IMG/VR virus record: IMGVR_UViG_3300031786_000572
Location: 23,621 to 87,620 of that record
From: a virus
Taxonomy: Duplodnaviria > Caudoviricetes
DNA length: 64,000 nt
Strand: one strand, 5' to 3'
The notes beneath the pieces were generated by a model. It was not told the origin of the DNA. It saw nothing but the letters and a program-made list of their open reading frames with translations, and ran no database searches. Below are positions 49,852 through 58,475 of the stretch, in pieces. How positions within the stretch are numbered: the first letter of the stretch is position 1; each line of letters opens with the position of its first letter. The position numbers and the translations under genes were made by a program.

Positions 49852-50397
49852 ATGATACTTAACAGTAAAAATAACAACTTTATCGTAAGATTTAATAAAG
49901 GATTTGTTTATCCTGACATTGTAAAGCGTTATGAAACTTATCTTAAACGTTTACCTATTCCATACGAAAGTGTGCAAGATTACTTGACTGCTTCAATACA
50001 GTCTATGTCAATGCCATCGCTTTCAGTTGAACCGGTAGAACAAACTCTTTATGAGGATCCATACAGTTCAAAAGGTGGTAAAAGGTTTGAAACTTATCTT
50101 GACCGTACATTTACGATTACATTTAAAACTTATGAAGGTTATATAAATTACTGGATTATGTTTGATCTGTTTAGAGCATTTTATGATCTTGACAATAAAG
50201 AAGAATTTTTGCCAGACATTAATCTGACGTTCTTGGATCATACAGGTTTTGAATTTATCACAATTAACTTTAACCAAATCCTATTAACCAACTTATCTGA
50301 ACTTGACCTTAATTATTCGTCTAACACAGCTGAGTTTAGAACATTCACAGCAACGTTTAAATATAATTACATTAAAATTCAAAAGAGACTACAATAA
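49852..50397 (+). CDS. Tail tube-fold protein (T4 gp3/gp19-like tail completion)
   Basis: 'SIQSMSMPSLS...FTITFK...NYWIMFD...INLTFLD...INFNQILLTNLSELDLNY...FTATFKY' follows the tail-tube family layout. Confidence 0.6.
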   Translation: MILNSKNNNFIVRFNKGFVYPDIVKRYETYLKRLPIPYESVQDYLTASIQSMSMPSLSVEPVEQTLYEDPYSSKGGKRFETYLDRTFTITFKTYEGYINYWIMFDLFRAFYDLDNKEEFLPDINLTFLDHTGFEFITINFNQILLTNLSELDLNYSSNTAEFRTFTATFKYNYIKIQKRLQ

Positions 50398-50717
50398 TGA
50401 AAACATTTAATGAAATCGTTTATGATAAAGCAATCTTCGAAGGTATGGATGTTAGTTACATGACTGAATCCGAACTTAATGAATCTATTGGTCTTTATCA
50501 TATATTAAAAGAATCTTTTGATGCTGATGGAATTGAAGGATTGGAAAATAAACTTAAAGAAGGTTTATTTGGCGCAATCGCCGGATTTATTGCAGGTCCT
50601 GCTGTTGGAAAAGTAATTGCTAATGCACTCGGAGTAGAGCGAGGTATTCTCTACGATATGTTAACCTCTCGATTAGTATCTGCCGCTCTTGGTTCTGCTA
50701 TTCAGAAAAATCTTTAA
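50397..50717 (+). CDS. Small protein with MKTFNE start and glycine-rich hydrophobic C-terminal helices
   Basis: Begins MKTFNEIV, contains LNES/LKES/LKEG sites and 'GLFGAIAGFIAGPAVG'. Confidence 0.6.
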   Translation: MKTFNEIVYDKAIFEGMDVSYMTESELNESIGLYHILKESFDADGIEGLENKLKEGLFGAIAGFIAGPAVGKVIANALGVERGILYDMLTSRLVSAALGSAIQKNL

Positions 50718-50720
50718 TTT

Positions 50721-51365
50721 ATGATTTTAGGAATTGACTTTTCAATAAAGTCCACTGCTGCTACTCTTAAGATGGGTGAAGGCTATACATTTTATTCTTT
50801 TGCTCGTAATTCAGTAGTTAAAGCTGATACACTTTTAGCTCTTAAAGCTGCCGGTGTTGTTATGAATCTTGTACCTGACGAAAAACCATTACCCAAAAAA
50901 TCTACTATTGCTGAACGCGAGCGCTCTTCACTTGATGACGCTGGAGTTCTTATACCCGAAATTACTAAATGGTTTACTGACTTGCCAATAGAAGCATACG
51001 GAATTGAAGGATTTTCATTTGGTTCTACTGGAAATCGACTTGCACAAATCTCAGGGTACCAATGGGCTTTAAGATGGGATTTTAAAAAGATGGGTATGAA
51101 AACCGAGCAATTTTGGATTTTTTCTCCAATGACTGTTAAAGCAACTGCAGGTAAAGGAAACTTTAAGAAAGACGAAATGATAGATGCTTTCATAAACTCA
51201 GATGATTTAGCGTTAAAGAACACTGGATTGTGGAAAGCACTAAATACAAAACCAGAGTTATTTCAAACTAAAAGAGGGATTTGGTGTAAACCAATTGATG
51301 ATATCATTGACTCTTATTGGGTATTGCGTACTACAGAGTTAAATAAAGAACTTTTAAAGGCATAA
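50721..51365 (+). CDS. RuvC-like Holliday junction resolvase/nuclease
   Basis: 'ILGIDFS', 'YGIEGFSFGS', 'VKATAGKGN..KDEMI' and 'DDIIDSY' give the RNase H-fold D-E-D-D set. Confidence 0.75.
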   Translation: MILGIDFSIKSTAATLKMGEGYTFYSFARNSVVKADTLLALKAAGVVMNLVPDEKPLPKKSTIAERERSSLDDAGVLIPEITKWFTDLPIEAYGIEGFSFGSTGNRLAQISGYQWALRWDFKKMGMKTEQFWIFSPMTVKATAGKGNFKKDEMIDAFINSDDLALKNTGLWKALNTKPELFQTKRGIWCKPIDDIIDSYWVLRTTELNKELLKA

Positions 51366-51375
51366 AGTATATAAA
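51348..51375 (+). promoter_or_regulatory. Putative early/middle promoter RAAC-N17-ATATA
   Basis: GAAC at 51348-51351 and ATATA at 51369. Confidence 0.4.
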
Positions 51376-51436
51376 ATAAGGTAACCATTATACCTAAGTA
51401 AATAATGGAGACAATGAAACTATACAACTACATATT

Positions 51437-51715
51437 ATGACAAAAATTTTTAACATTGAAGAGGAGGCTCGTTTATACGGAATAGTTGACGACTACCGTA
51501 CTATATATGAACAAGCTAACTTTATCGCTGTTCATATGCAAAAGATGGAACTTGAAATGGCGGAGCTTATTGAAAAGATGGAAGCTCTTAAAGAAGAAGA
51601 AACGGTAATTTATAACAAAGTCACAGAAAGAACTGGTGTTGATTTGGAGGAAGTAAAAACTACTGCAGGCAATTTAATTTTAGCCAAACAAGAAAAAATA
51701 GTTGAGAATAGTTAA
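51437..51715 (+). CDS. Hypothetical acidic coiled-coil protein
   Basis: 92-aa ORF with an A-rich start context. Confidence 0.6.
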   Translation: MTKIFNIEEEARLYGIVDDYRTIYEQANFIAVHMQKMELEMAELIEKMEALKEEETVIYNKVTERTGVDLEEVKTTAGNLILAKQEKIVENS

Positions 51716-51743
51716 AACTATCTGACTTTAAATGAATATATAA
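51715..51743 (+). promoter_or_regulatory. Putative early/middle promoter RAAC-N17-ATATA
   Basis: AAAC at 51715-51718 and ATATA at 51736, ahead of the lipoprotein and gp32 genes. Confidence 0.4.
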
Positions 51744-51777
51744 TAAACAAAAACAATAACTTTAAAAACAACTAAAA

Positions 51778-51954
51778 ATGAAAAAAGTAATCTTAGCATT
51801 AGCAATCGTTTCTACATTATCATTGGTATCTTGTAAAAACACAAACTCAACGGAAACTCAAACTACTACAGTTGACAGCACAGCGGTACAGGCTGATTCA
51901 ACAAATGTTCAAGCTGATAGCACTGCTGTTGATACTACAACCACTGTAAAGTAA
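51778..51954 (+). CDS. Small lipoprotein (58 aa), not in ORF track
   Basis: MKKVILALAIVSTLSLVS-CKNTNSTETQTTTVDSTAVQADSTNVQADSTAVDTTTTVK*. It has a basic N-terminus, a hydrophobic core, a lipobox LVS-C and a Thr/Ser/Asp-rich mature part. Confidence 0.85.
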   Translation: MKKVILALAIVSTLSLVSCKNTNSTETQTTTVDSTAVQADSTNVQADSTAVDTTTTVK

Positions 51955-52040
51955 TATAGTATCACATTAGTTAATTTCAGTTACTTATATTAAGTACCTA
52001 AACGCATTCTAAACACAACTTAAAAAAACTAAAAGAAAAC

Positions 52041-52985
52041 ATGGACAATCTAAACGACATTTTCAACCTATCATTAGACGATTTTAAAGAAGACGTAAAA
52101 GCAGCAGGTGGGGGTAAAAACATTTTTAAACCAGAAGCTAAATCTGGAAAAGACGGAGTATACAAAGCCGTAATACGCTTTTTACCTTGGCATAAAGACG
52201 TTAAAAAATCTGTAATGAAAAAATGGTCTTGCTGGATGACAAATCCTGCTACCAATGAAAGTAAAATGGTTGACTGCCCGTCTACCATCGGACAGAAATC
52301 TGTTATCCAGGATCTATTCTGGAAATTCAAAAAATCTGACTCTGTTGCTGAACAGAAATTAGCAGAAAACTTCTCAAGACGTCAAAAGTTTGCATCTCTT
52401 GTGCAAATTATGAAAGACGACAACAATCCTGAAAACGTAGGCAAAATCATGGTTTGGCCGTACGGTGTAAAAATCAACGCAAAATTACAAGCTGAGTTAA
52501 AACCTGAGTTTGGAAAACCACATATTCCTTTTGATCTATTTGAAGGTAAACCGTTCTTAGTTCACGTTACTCAAGTGGCTGGATTTAATAACTACGATAA
52601 CTCTCGTTTCTTAGATGAAAAATCTCCTCTTGTTATTGACGGTGAAACTATGGAGAAAAATGCAGAAAGCTTAGCAAAAATTAAAGCATTCCTTGAAACT
52701 TCTCCGGATTTAAGTAACTATGATTACCAAGAATGGGACCAAGCAACTGAAGATTTCGTTAATGACGTAATCCGTAATACAGTTCCTGGAGGTCGTATGG
52801 TGGAATCAATCGAAAAAACCAATCGTTCTACATTCTCAACCGAGGCACCTTCTATCAAAGCTGCTCCTGCCGTTGCGCCACCAGCGCCATCTGCATTGCC
52901 TGACCTAGATAGCCCAATAAGTTCTGACTTCGACTTAGACATGAACACTGGATCTTTTGATGATGAGCTCTACGCATCCCTATAA
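52041..52985 (+). CDS. Single-stranded DNA-binding protein, T4 gp32-like
   Basis: 'AVIRFLP', 'CPSTIG', 'IMKDDNNPENVGKIMVWPYG', 'PFDLFEG', 'YDNSRF' and an acidic C-terminal tail. Confidence 0.88.
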   Translation: MDNLNDIFNLSLDDFKEDVKAAGGGKNIFKPEAKSGKDGVYKAVIRFLPWHKDVKKSVMKKWSCWMTNPATNESKMVDCPSTIGQKSVIQDLFWKFKKSDSVAEQKLAENFSRRQKFASLVQIMKDDNNPENVGKIMVWPYGVKINAKLQAELKPEFGKPHIPFDLFEGKPFLVHVTQVAGFNNYDNSRFLDEKSPLVIDGETMEKNAESLAKIKAFLETSPDLSNYDYQEWDQATEDFVNDVIRNTVPGGRMVESIEKTNRSTFSTEAPSIKAAPAVAPPAPSALPDLDSPISSDFDLDMNTGSFDDELYASL

Positions 52986-54096
52986 TCAAGAGTCAAAGGA
53001 CACTAATAAAGAGAACGGAGGCCAAAAGCTTTCGTTCTCTTTTTCTTTAGAGGAACCTAAGAAAGCAACTCCAGAACAATTACTGGAGACGGTAAAATCA
53101 AAGTTGCAAAGTATCTTAAATGATAAATTTAGTAATTACGAGAAGCGCCGAGTTGACCCAAAGATAGGTAGATTAAATTTTGCTTGTCCTTACTGTGGAG
53201 ATTCACACGCAGATGCCTGGAAGAAACGTGGTAACATATACACCCAATCTTTTTATTACAAATGCTACAACTGTGGCAAATATCGTAACCTTGCAGGATT
53301 CTTAAAAGATTTTGGTTACGGTCTTGACCTTGAAGAAACACTTCTTGCTAATGAATTGCAAGAGGCAGGTAAACCTATGGCTAGATCCGTAGATCCTATG
53401 GTCTTGCATAATACCGAAGAACTAATTAAATGGAGTATAGAACGTGAAGAAATTGAGAATAAGTTTAAACTTGTACGTTTAGATAACTCAAAGATCTTTA
53501 CATACATGAAAAAACGTCTGCAGCCTGATATGACAAAATTTTCATGGAATCATGACTCACAACAGTTATACATATTTCATATTATTCCTGGGACTACTCG
53601 AGTATTAGGTTATCAGATTCGTAACTTTGTTCATAGACCTAAATACTTAACATTTAAGTTATCAAGAATCTACGAAGAATTAGGTAAAAATGTTTGTGAA
53701 GAAGTAATTGCTCTTGATGATATCTCAACTACATTTGGCATTCTTGAAATGGACATAACAAAACCAGTGACTGTTTTTGAAGGGCCGCTTGATGCATTCC
53801 TTTACAAAAATTCACTAGCAACTTGTTCGTCTAATATAGATTCCCCAATTCAGTTAAGTACTTTAAGATACATGTATGATTATGACTCTGCGGGTAAAGA
53901 GGCTGCTCTTGAAAAACTATCACAAGGAAAAAGCGTTTTTCTTTGGAGAAAGCTGTTTAAAGAAATAGGAATGGATGAGCCTGGAAAGAAAGTGGATTTA
54001 ACGGATTTGGTGGTTCTTGCAAAACGTAAAGGTGTAAGATTGCCAAAATTATCCAATTATTTTTCTAATGATAAATATGATTCTTACTGGATTTAA
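52957..54096 (+). CDS. DNA primase, T4 gp61-like
   Basis: Zn finger 'NFACPYCGDS..KKRGNIY...YKCYNCG', TOPRIM 'VFEGPLDA' and 'YDYD'. The true start is uncertain (ATG 52957 inside gp32, or a downstream non-ATG codon such as TTG 53104). Confidence 0.88.
   Translation: MMMSSTHPYNQESKDTNKENGGQKLSFSFSLEEPKKATPEQLLETVKSKLQSILNDKFSNYEKRRVDPKIGRLNFACPYCGDSHADAWKKRGNIYTQSFYYKCYNCGKYRNLAGFLKDFGYGLDLEETLLANELQEAGKPMARSVDPMVLHNTEELIKWSIEREEIENKFKLVRLDNSKIFTYMKKRLQPDMTKFSWNHDSQQLYIFHIIPGTTRVLGYQIRNFVHRPKYLTFKLSRIYEELGKNVCEEVIALDDISTTFGILEMDITKPVTVFEGPLDAFLYKNSLATCSSNIDSPIQLSTLRYMYDYDSAGKEAALEKLSQGKSVFLWRKLFKEIGMDEPGKKVDLTDLVVLAKRKGVRLPKLSNYFSNDKYDSYWI
53010..53048 (+). terminator. Rho-independent terminator after gp32
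   Basis: 13-bp stem AGAGAACGGAGGC / GCTTTCGTTCTCT (two G-U pairs), loop CAAAA, followed by TTTTCTTT. Confidence 0.8.
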
Positions 54097-54122
54097 AACA
54101 AAATACCAAATGATGTATATAA
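54096..54122 (+). promoter_or_regulatory. Putative early/middle promoter RAAC-N17-ATATA
   Basis: AAAC at 54096-54099 and ATATA at 54117. This implies the next gene starts at ATG 54128. Confidence 0.4.
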
Positions 54123-54127
54123 ACTAT

Positions 54128-54337
54128 ATGATACCAGAAGATACTGACATATTTGGATTGGAACATGAAGATGATAAAATTAAAGGTCTTGCTGAGTTTT
54201 CTTTTGATGAAAAGGAACCTTTGGATTTATCTTCTATCTTAAATGATGTTGTACCGAAAAAGAAAAAAGAAATTGTAATCGTAGAACGAAATGGCAGATT
54301 TAATAAACGAAAATCAGGGGACAGCGGACTCTTCTAA
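54128..54337 (+). CDS. Hypothetical acidic protein
   Basis: Part of ORF 54068..54337. The start was placed at MIPEDTDIF (54128); alternative ATGs lie at 54110 and 54113. Confidence 0.45.
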   Translation: MIPEDTDIFGLEHEDDKIKGLAEFSFDEKEPLDLSSILNDVVPKKKKEIVIVERNGRFNKRKSGDSGLF

Positions 54338-54761
54338 ACCAAATGATGCAATTTTTGCAAGGTTTAAAGCTGAACGTGATGAATGGACAAATAAAGTAAA
54401 AGATATGTCCCAACGAATGCGAAACATATATGATCTTGCTGAATTACAGGTAGACTTATATTCAAATCGTCAAATCTGCGCTGATTACACACATACACTT
54501 ATGACCCACCTAACAAAGATTAATCGAATCTTTAGAGAAAAGAAAATTGAAAGATGGGAACACTATACAAGGAACTATGATTTACGTATGGATAAAGATC
54601 CTAAAGAATTACATATTTATGTTGACATGGCAGATATTGTAGAACGTAAAGATTATGTCCAAAACCACTTAGAGTTCTTTCGTGAAACTATACGTACCAT
54701 AGATTCTATGTGTTACGGAGTTAAACACAGAATGGCACTTGAAGAATATAAACGAGGATAA
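54291..54761 (+). CDS. Recombination mediator, UvsY-like (candidate)
   Basis: All-helical 156-aa protein ending 'LEFFRETIRTIDSMCYGVKHRMALEEY', similar in layout to the UvsY C-terminus and located near UvsW. Confidence 0.5.
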   Translation: MADLINENQGTADSSKPNDAIFARFKAERDEWTNKVKDMSQRMRNIYDLAELQVDLYSNRQICADYTHTLMTHLTKINRIFREKKIERWEHYTRNYDLRMDKDPKELHIYVDMADIVERKDYVQNHLEFFRETIRTIDSMCYGVKHRMALEEYKRG

Positions 54762-55549
54762 TGGGAAGGACAAAAAAGAAAAGATTACGAAGAATAGATA
54801 CCCCTTATGGAAGAGCTTATGCTTGGGGTGAAGGCGAAGATGCAATTCTTATGCCGTCAGTTACAACAATATTAGGGTTTGAACCATCTGAATACCTTGC
54901 AGATCTTGAAGCTAAAATTGGAAAAGAAGAATTAGATCGTATTGGTAGAAATGCCGCGGTTCGTGGAACTGCTATGCACTTGTTCTTGGAGAATTTCTTT
55001 ATCTGTCGCAAGAATGGCGGCGATGATGAAAAATGCTTGCTTTATACGCAAATGAAAACTCCTGATGAATTACGTGAAGAAGGTATAGACAATGATAAAA
55101 TTAGCAGAGGGCGAGAGTTATTCTATAACTTTATACTTGAGAATGTATTTGATGACATAAAAGAAGTTATGTTCACTGAGCAATTTATGTGGTCATTAAA
55201 ATATCTTTTTGCAGGTACTGCAGATTTTGGATTTATTCGTATGTCTGATGATGGTAAAATCATTGCTGATTTTAAGAGTGCAAGTGGATTAAGAGGTGCT
55301 GATGTGCTAAACAAGTATAAAAAGCAACTTGCAGCTTACATCATTGCTTTTGAAGAGATATATAATCAAAGGATAACTAACGCTCAAGTATGGTTATCTT
55401 CTCCTGATGGCATGCAAATTGAAATTCTTGAAGGTGAAGAACTTGAACAGAAGAAAGCAGAATTCATTGACTTAGCTCATAGATTTCATGAGGCTTGGGA
55501 TGTTGAACCAATTCGTAAGTATTATTTAGAAAACTATCTTACGACGTAA
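54761..55549 (+). CDS. PD-(D/E)XK exonuclease
   Basis: 'PSVTTIL', 'RGTAMH', 'FTEQFM', 'AGTADF', 'IADFKS' and 'QLAAY'. Confidence 0.85.
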   Translation: MGRTKKKRLRRIDTPYGRAYAWGEGEDAILMPSVTTILGFEPSEYLADLEAKIGKEELDRIGRNAAVRGTAMHLFLENFFICRKNGGDDEKCLLYTQMKTPDELREEGIDNDKISRGRELFYNFILENVFDDIKEVMFTEQFMWSLKYLFAGTADFGFIRMSDDGKIIADFKSASGLRGADVLNKYKKQLAAYIIAFEEIYNQRITNAQVWLSSPDGMQIEILEGEELEQKKAEFIDLAHRFHEAWDVEPIRKYYLENYLTT

Positions 55550-55557
55550 AAATAAAA

Positions 55558-57093
55558 ATGGGAGTGATAGCACAAGTTACACCGGATAATAGATTTATCC
55601 AACTTATTGACTACAACGAACTTGAGCTAGAACAGATTCATCATTCGTTTAAACGTAGGATTACCAACTGGAGATTCCACCCTCTTGTGAAGAGAAAGGT
55701 GTGGGACGGCTACATATCATTTATAGACAAGTACCAAAGAGTGCCTATCGGATTATGGAATGAACTAAACCTAACCTGCCAAAAATATAATCTTGCTTTA
55801 AAAGTTAACGGTATGGAGAGAGTTATTGATTATGACTTTGATGAAGAAGATTTCCGTTCATGGGTTGCTGACTTTTTTGGAGATCACCCGAAGATAACTC
55901 CAAGAGACTATCAAATTGAAGCGGCTATTCCTATTATGAAATACCGTAGAAGTATATCCGAAATTGCAACATCTGCGGGTAAAACATTCATTATCTTTAT
56001 GATCTTTGCCTATCTGCATGATAGAGGTAAAAATGATAAGTTTTTAATGGTTGTGCCTTCAACTAACTTAATCATACAAACTATTGAAGATTTTGAGTTA
56101 TACAATAACAATAAGTTAGACTTCAGTACTCAAATGATTCATGGTGGGACAGATAAAACCAAACAAGATGTAAATTTTATTGTAGGTACATATCAGTCAC
56201 TTGTTAAAAGAGAAGCGCACTTCTTTGATAATGTAACCACTATATGTATTGATGAGGCGCATGGAACACAAGCAAGTTCTATCAAGAAGATCATTACCAA
56301 CTGTATGAATGCCACTTATGCTTTTGGTGTATCAGGAACTATGTTACAAGATGGTTCTACTGAAGCATTTACGGTTCAAGCATATCTTGGTCCGCAAGTA
56401 AATAACATTAGTGCAAATTTCCTAACATCAAATAAGTATGCAACTCCAATCGTTGTTAAAGTTGTCTTATTAGATTATCTTGAGTGGGAATCACGAGAAA
56501 AACTTTCGGAATTACATTCAAGACGAGCTGAAATAGATGGAAGTAAATTATTAGACCTTGAAAAACGTTTAGTGGTTGAAAACCGTGGAAGGTTTAAATA
56601 TGTATGTGATTTTGTTTCAAAATCTACAAAGAACTCACTTGTCTTATTCTCAAACGTAAAAGACAAATACGGCAGACGTATTTATGATTATCTTCGAGAA
56701 AATACCGATAAGACAATATTTTACATTGACGGATCCACTGGAATTGACTTGCGTGATGATTACATCAATCGTATGGAAGAAGGCGATGATAAAATCATGG
56801 TAGCATCATTCGGTACTTTATCAACTGGTATCTCAATTAATAACATTCACAATATCTTTTTTGTGGAATCATATAAGAGTGAGAAAATCATTCGACAATC
56901 TATCGGACGTGGTATGCGTCTGAAAGAAGGTAAAGAGAAAGTAAATATCATTGACTTCGTAGATGATTTCTCATTACCAAAGGGACATAAGAACTACTTA
57001 CTTAAACATGGCGAGGAACGTATGAAGATCTATGCAGAGCAAGGATTTCCATACAAAAAGTATACTGTCAAGTTTAATCATTTGGATATATAG
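55558..57093 (+). CDS. uvsW: SF2 DNA helicase, T4 UvsW-like
   Basis: 'PRDYQIEA', Walker A 'ATSAGKT', 'DEAH', 'SGT', 'STGISINNIHN' and 'QSIGRGMR'. Confidence 0.92.
   Translation: MGVIAQVTPDNRFIQLIDYNELELEQIHHSFKRRITNWRFHPLVKRKVWDGYISFIDKYQRVPIGLWNELNLTCQKYNLALKVNGMERVIDYDFDEEDFRSWVADFFGDHPKITPRDYQIEAAIPIMKYRRSISEIATSAGKTFIIFMIFAYLHDRGKNDKFLMVVPSTNLIIQTIEDFELYNNNKLDFSTQMIHGGTDKTKQDVNFIVGTYQSLVKREAHFFDNVTTICIDEAHGTQASSIKKIITNCMNATYAFGVSGTMLQDGSTEAFTVQAYLGPQVNNISANFLTSNKYATPIVVKVVLLDYLEWESREKLSELHSRRAEIDGSKLLDLEKRLVVENRGRFKYVCDFVSKSTKNSLVLFSNVKDKYGRRIYDYLRENTDKTIFYIDGSTGIDLRDDYINRMEEGDDKIMVASFGTLSTGISINNIHNIFFVESYKSEKIIRQSIGRGMRLKEGKEKVNIIDFVDDFSLPKGHKNYLLKHGEERMKIYAEQGFPYKKYTVKFNHLDI
57085..57092 (+). 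promoter_or_regulatory. Putative late-type promoter GATATATA
   Basis: Overlaps the uvsW stop and precedes the tagged-gene array. Confidence 0.4.
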
Positions 57094-57109
57094 AATAAAA
57101 TATATCCAA

Positions 57110-57451
57110 ATGTCCCACATTCTAAGTTTCCAAGACTTTATATCTGAAAGCGCCGAACCACAGGCTTTTGGTCAACCTAAGATCAGCTTAAATTTTGCTG
57201 ACGATACTCTAGTAGGGTTTCGTACTCAACTCCTTGATAAGTACTACGGAAAGGTAAGTAATACTGAGGATAAGGAAAAGATAAATAAATGTATAACTAC
57301 TTATGTGTATGCACTTGATAAGAAGTTAAAAATTGATGAGGACATCATAAAATTAATGGCCAAGACTTTAGGTATGACCCATGAGGAATTAACTAAAGAA
57401 TTACAAAAGGAAACCACTGACTTTTATGATAAGCCAAACGTAATCCAATAA
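57110..57451 (+). CDS. Tagged small protein (MSHILSFQDFISES)
   Basis: The start was moved from 57032 (inside uvsW) to the tag ATG at 57110. Confidence 0.7.
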   Translation: MSHILSFQDFISESAEPQAFGQPKISLNFADDTLVGFRTQLLDKYYGKVSNTEDKEKINKCITTYVYALDKKLKIDEDIIKLMAKTLGMTHEELTKELQKETTDFYDKPNVIQ

Positions 57452-57474
57452 AATCAAAATAAGACAAATATAAA

Positions 57475-58473
57475 ATGAAGAAATTTTCACAAGCAATTCC
57501 CGCGCTTCACGAAGCTGAAGGTGCCGCTAAGTCTGAGCTACAGAAATCTTACGCAGAATACTTTAAAGCCAAATTAAACAAATTTGGTGCAAAATCTCCA
57601 GCGGATCTTACTCCGGAGCAAAAAACCGAGTTCTTTAATGAAATCACTAAAGATTGGAACCGTGGTGAAGGAGCAACTAAAGCAGGACAAGCTGACATTG
57701 AAGAACATGGAGTTAAAGAGTCTGAAATAGTAAATGAAGCTGAAGTAAAATCAGAAGCTGAGTTTAAAGAATATGCAATGGCACTTTTAAAGAAAGCACA
57801 CCCTGATGACTTTGATGAAGCTAAAGCAAACGCAACTGTTGAAGGCATCTTGAAAAAATGTGACGGTGACTTTGGCGCTGCTGTAGGAATGATTACAAGT
57901 TCTCTTGGTGAATCTACTACTAACGAAGGTGAATGCCCAATGTGTAAATGTGATCCTTGTGAATGCTACACTAATGAAGGTAATGCTTTCGGTGATGCTG
58001 TGAAAAAAGCAAAAGAGGCTGGAGAAAAAGAATTTGAGTTTCAAGGTAAAACTTACAAAGTTGAAGAATCTGAAGCAGGTGCTCCTAACGATCTTAACGA
58101 AGGTGCTGATGTAACTCCGTATCTTGATGAAGTTAAAAAAGCTTTACCTCAATTAGAAGATCTTATTAAAAAGAAATTAGGTTTCGCTCCTAAACTTACA
58201 GCAGATAAAAAAGGTGCAGATAGAATCTTCATTCAATCATCTGACCTTATGAATGAATTAGGAAAAACTCTAGTTAAAACTTTATTTACAAAAATCGAAA
58301 TTGGTTTTTGGGGTGGTAATGTAACTGGCGATGGAAAATCAATTTGGTTTAATCCTAAAATCTGGTACGAACACCCAAGCGGCGGATCAAACGGTTGTGA
58401 TTTTATATGGGATTCACTTTGGTGGGATTTAGCATCTAAAAAATGGATTGAAGGAAGATCTTTAATTAAATAA
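57475..58473 (+). CDS. Tagged modular protein (MKKFSQAIPALHEA; internal xNE[AG] sites)
   Basis: 332 aa with modules separated by IVNEA, TTNEG, YTNEG and DLNEG. Confidence 0.75.
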   Translation: MKKFSQAIPALHEAEGAAKSELQKSYAEYFKAKLNKFGAKSPADLTPEQKTEFFNEITKDWNRGEGATKAGQADIEEHGVKESEIVNEAEVKSEAEFKEYAMALLKKAHPDDFDEAKANATVEGILKKCDGDFGAAVGMITSSLGESTTNEGECPMCKCDPCECYTNEGNAFGDAVKKAKEAGEKEFEFQGKTYKVEESEAGAPNDLNEGADVTPYLDEVKKALPQLEDLIKKKLGFAPKLTADKKGADRIFIQSSDLMNELGKTLVKTLFTKIEIGFWGGNVTGDGKSIWFNPKIWYEHPSGGSNGCDFIWDSLWWDLASKKWIEGRSLIK

Positions 58474-58475
58474 TC

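Noticed and set aside
50721-51365. RuvC domain as TnpB/Cas12-like effector
   Set aside because: The protein is only 214 aa with a compact resolvase layout, and has no Zn finger, REC region or adjacent array or transposon ends.
54761-55549. Cas4-like nuclease as a sign of a CRISPR system
   Set aside because: No repeat-spacer array or other cas gene is present, no Fe-S Cys cluster is evident, and the UvsY/UvsW context is standard for T4-like recombination nucleases.
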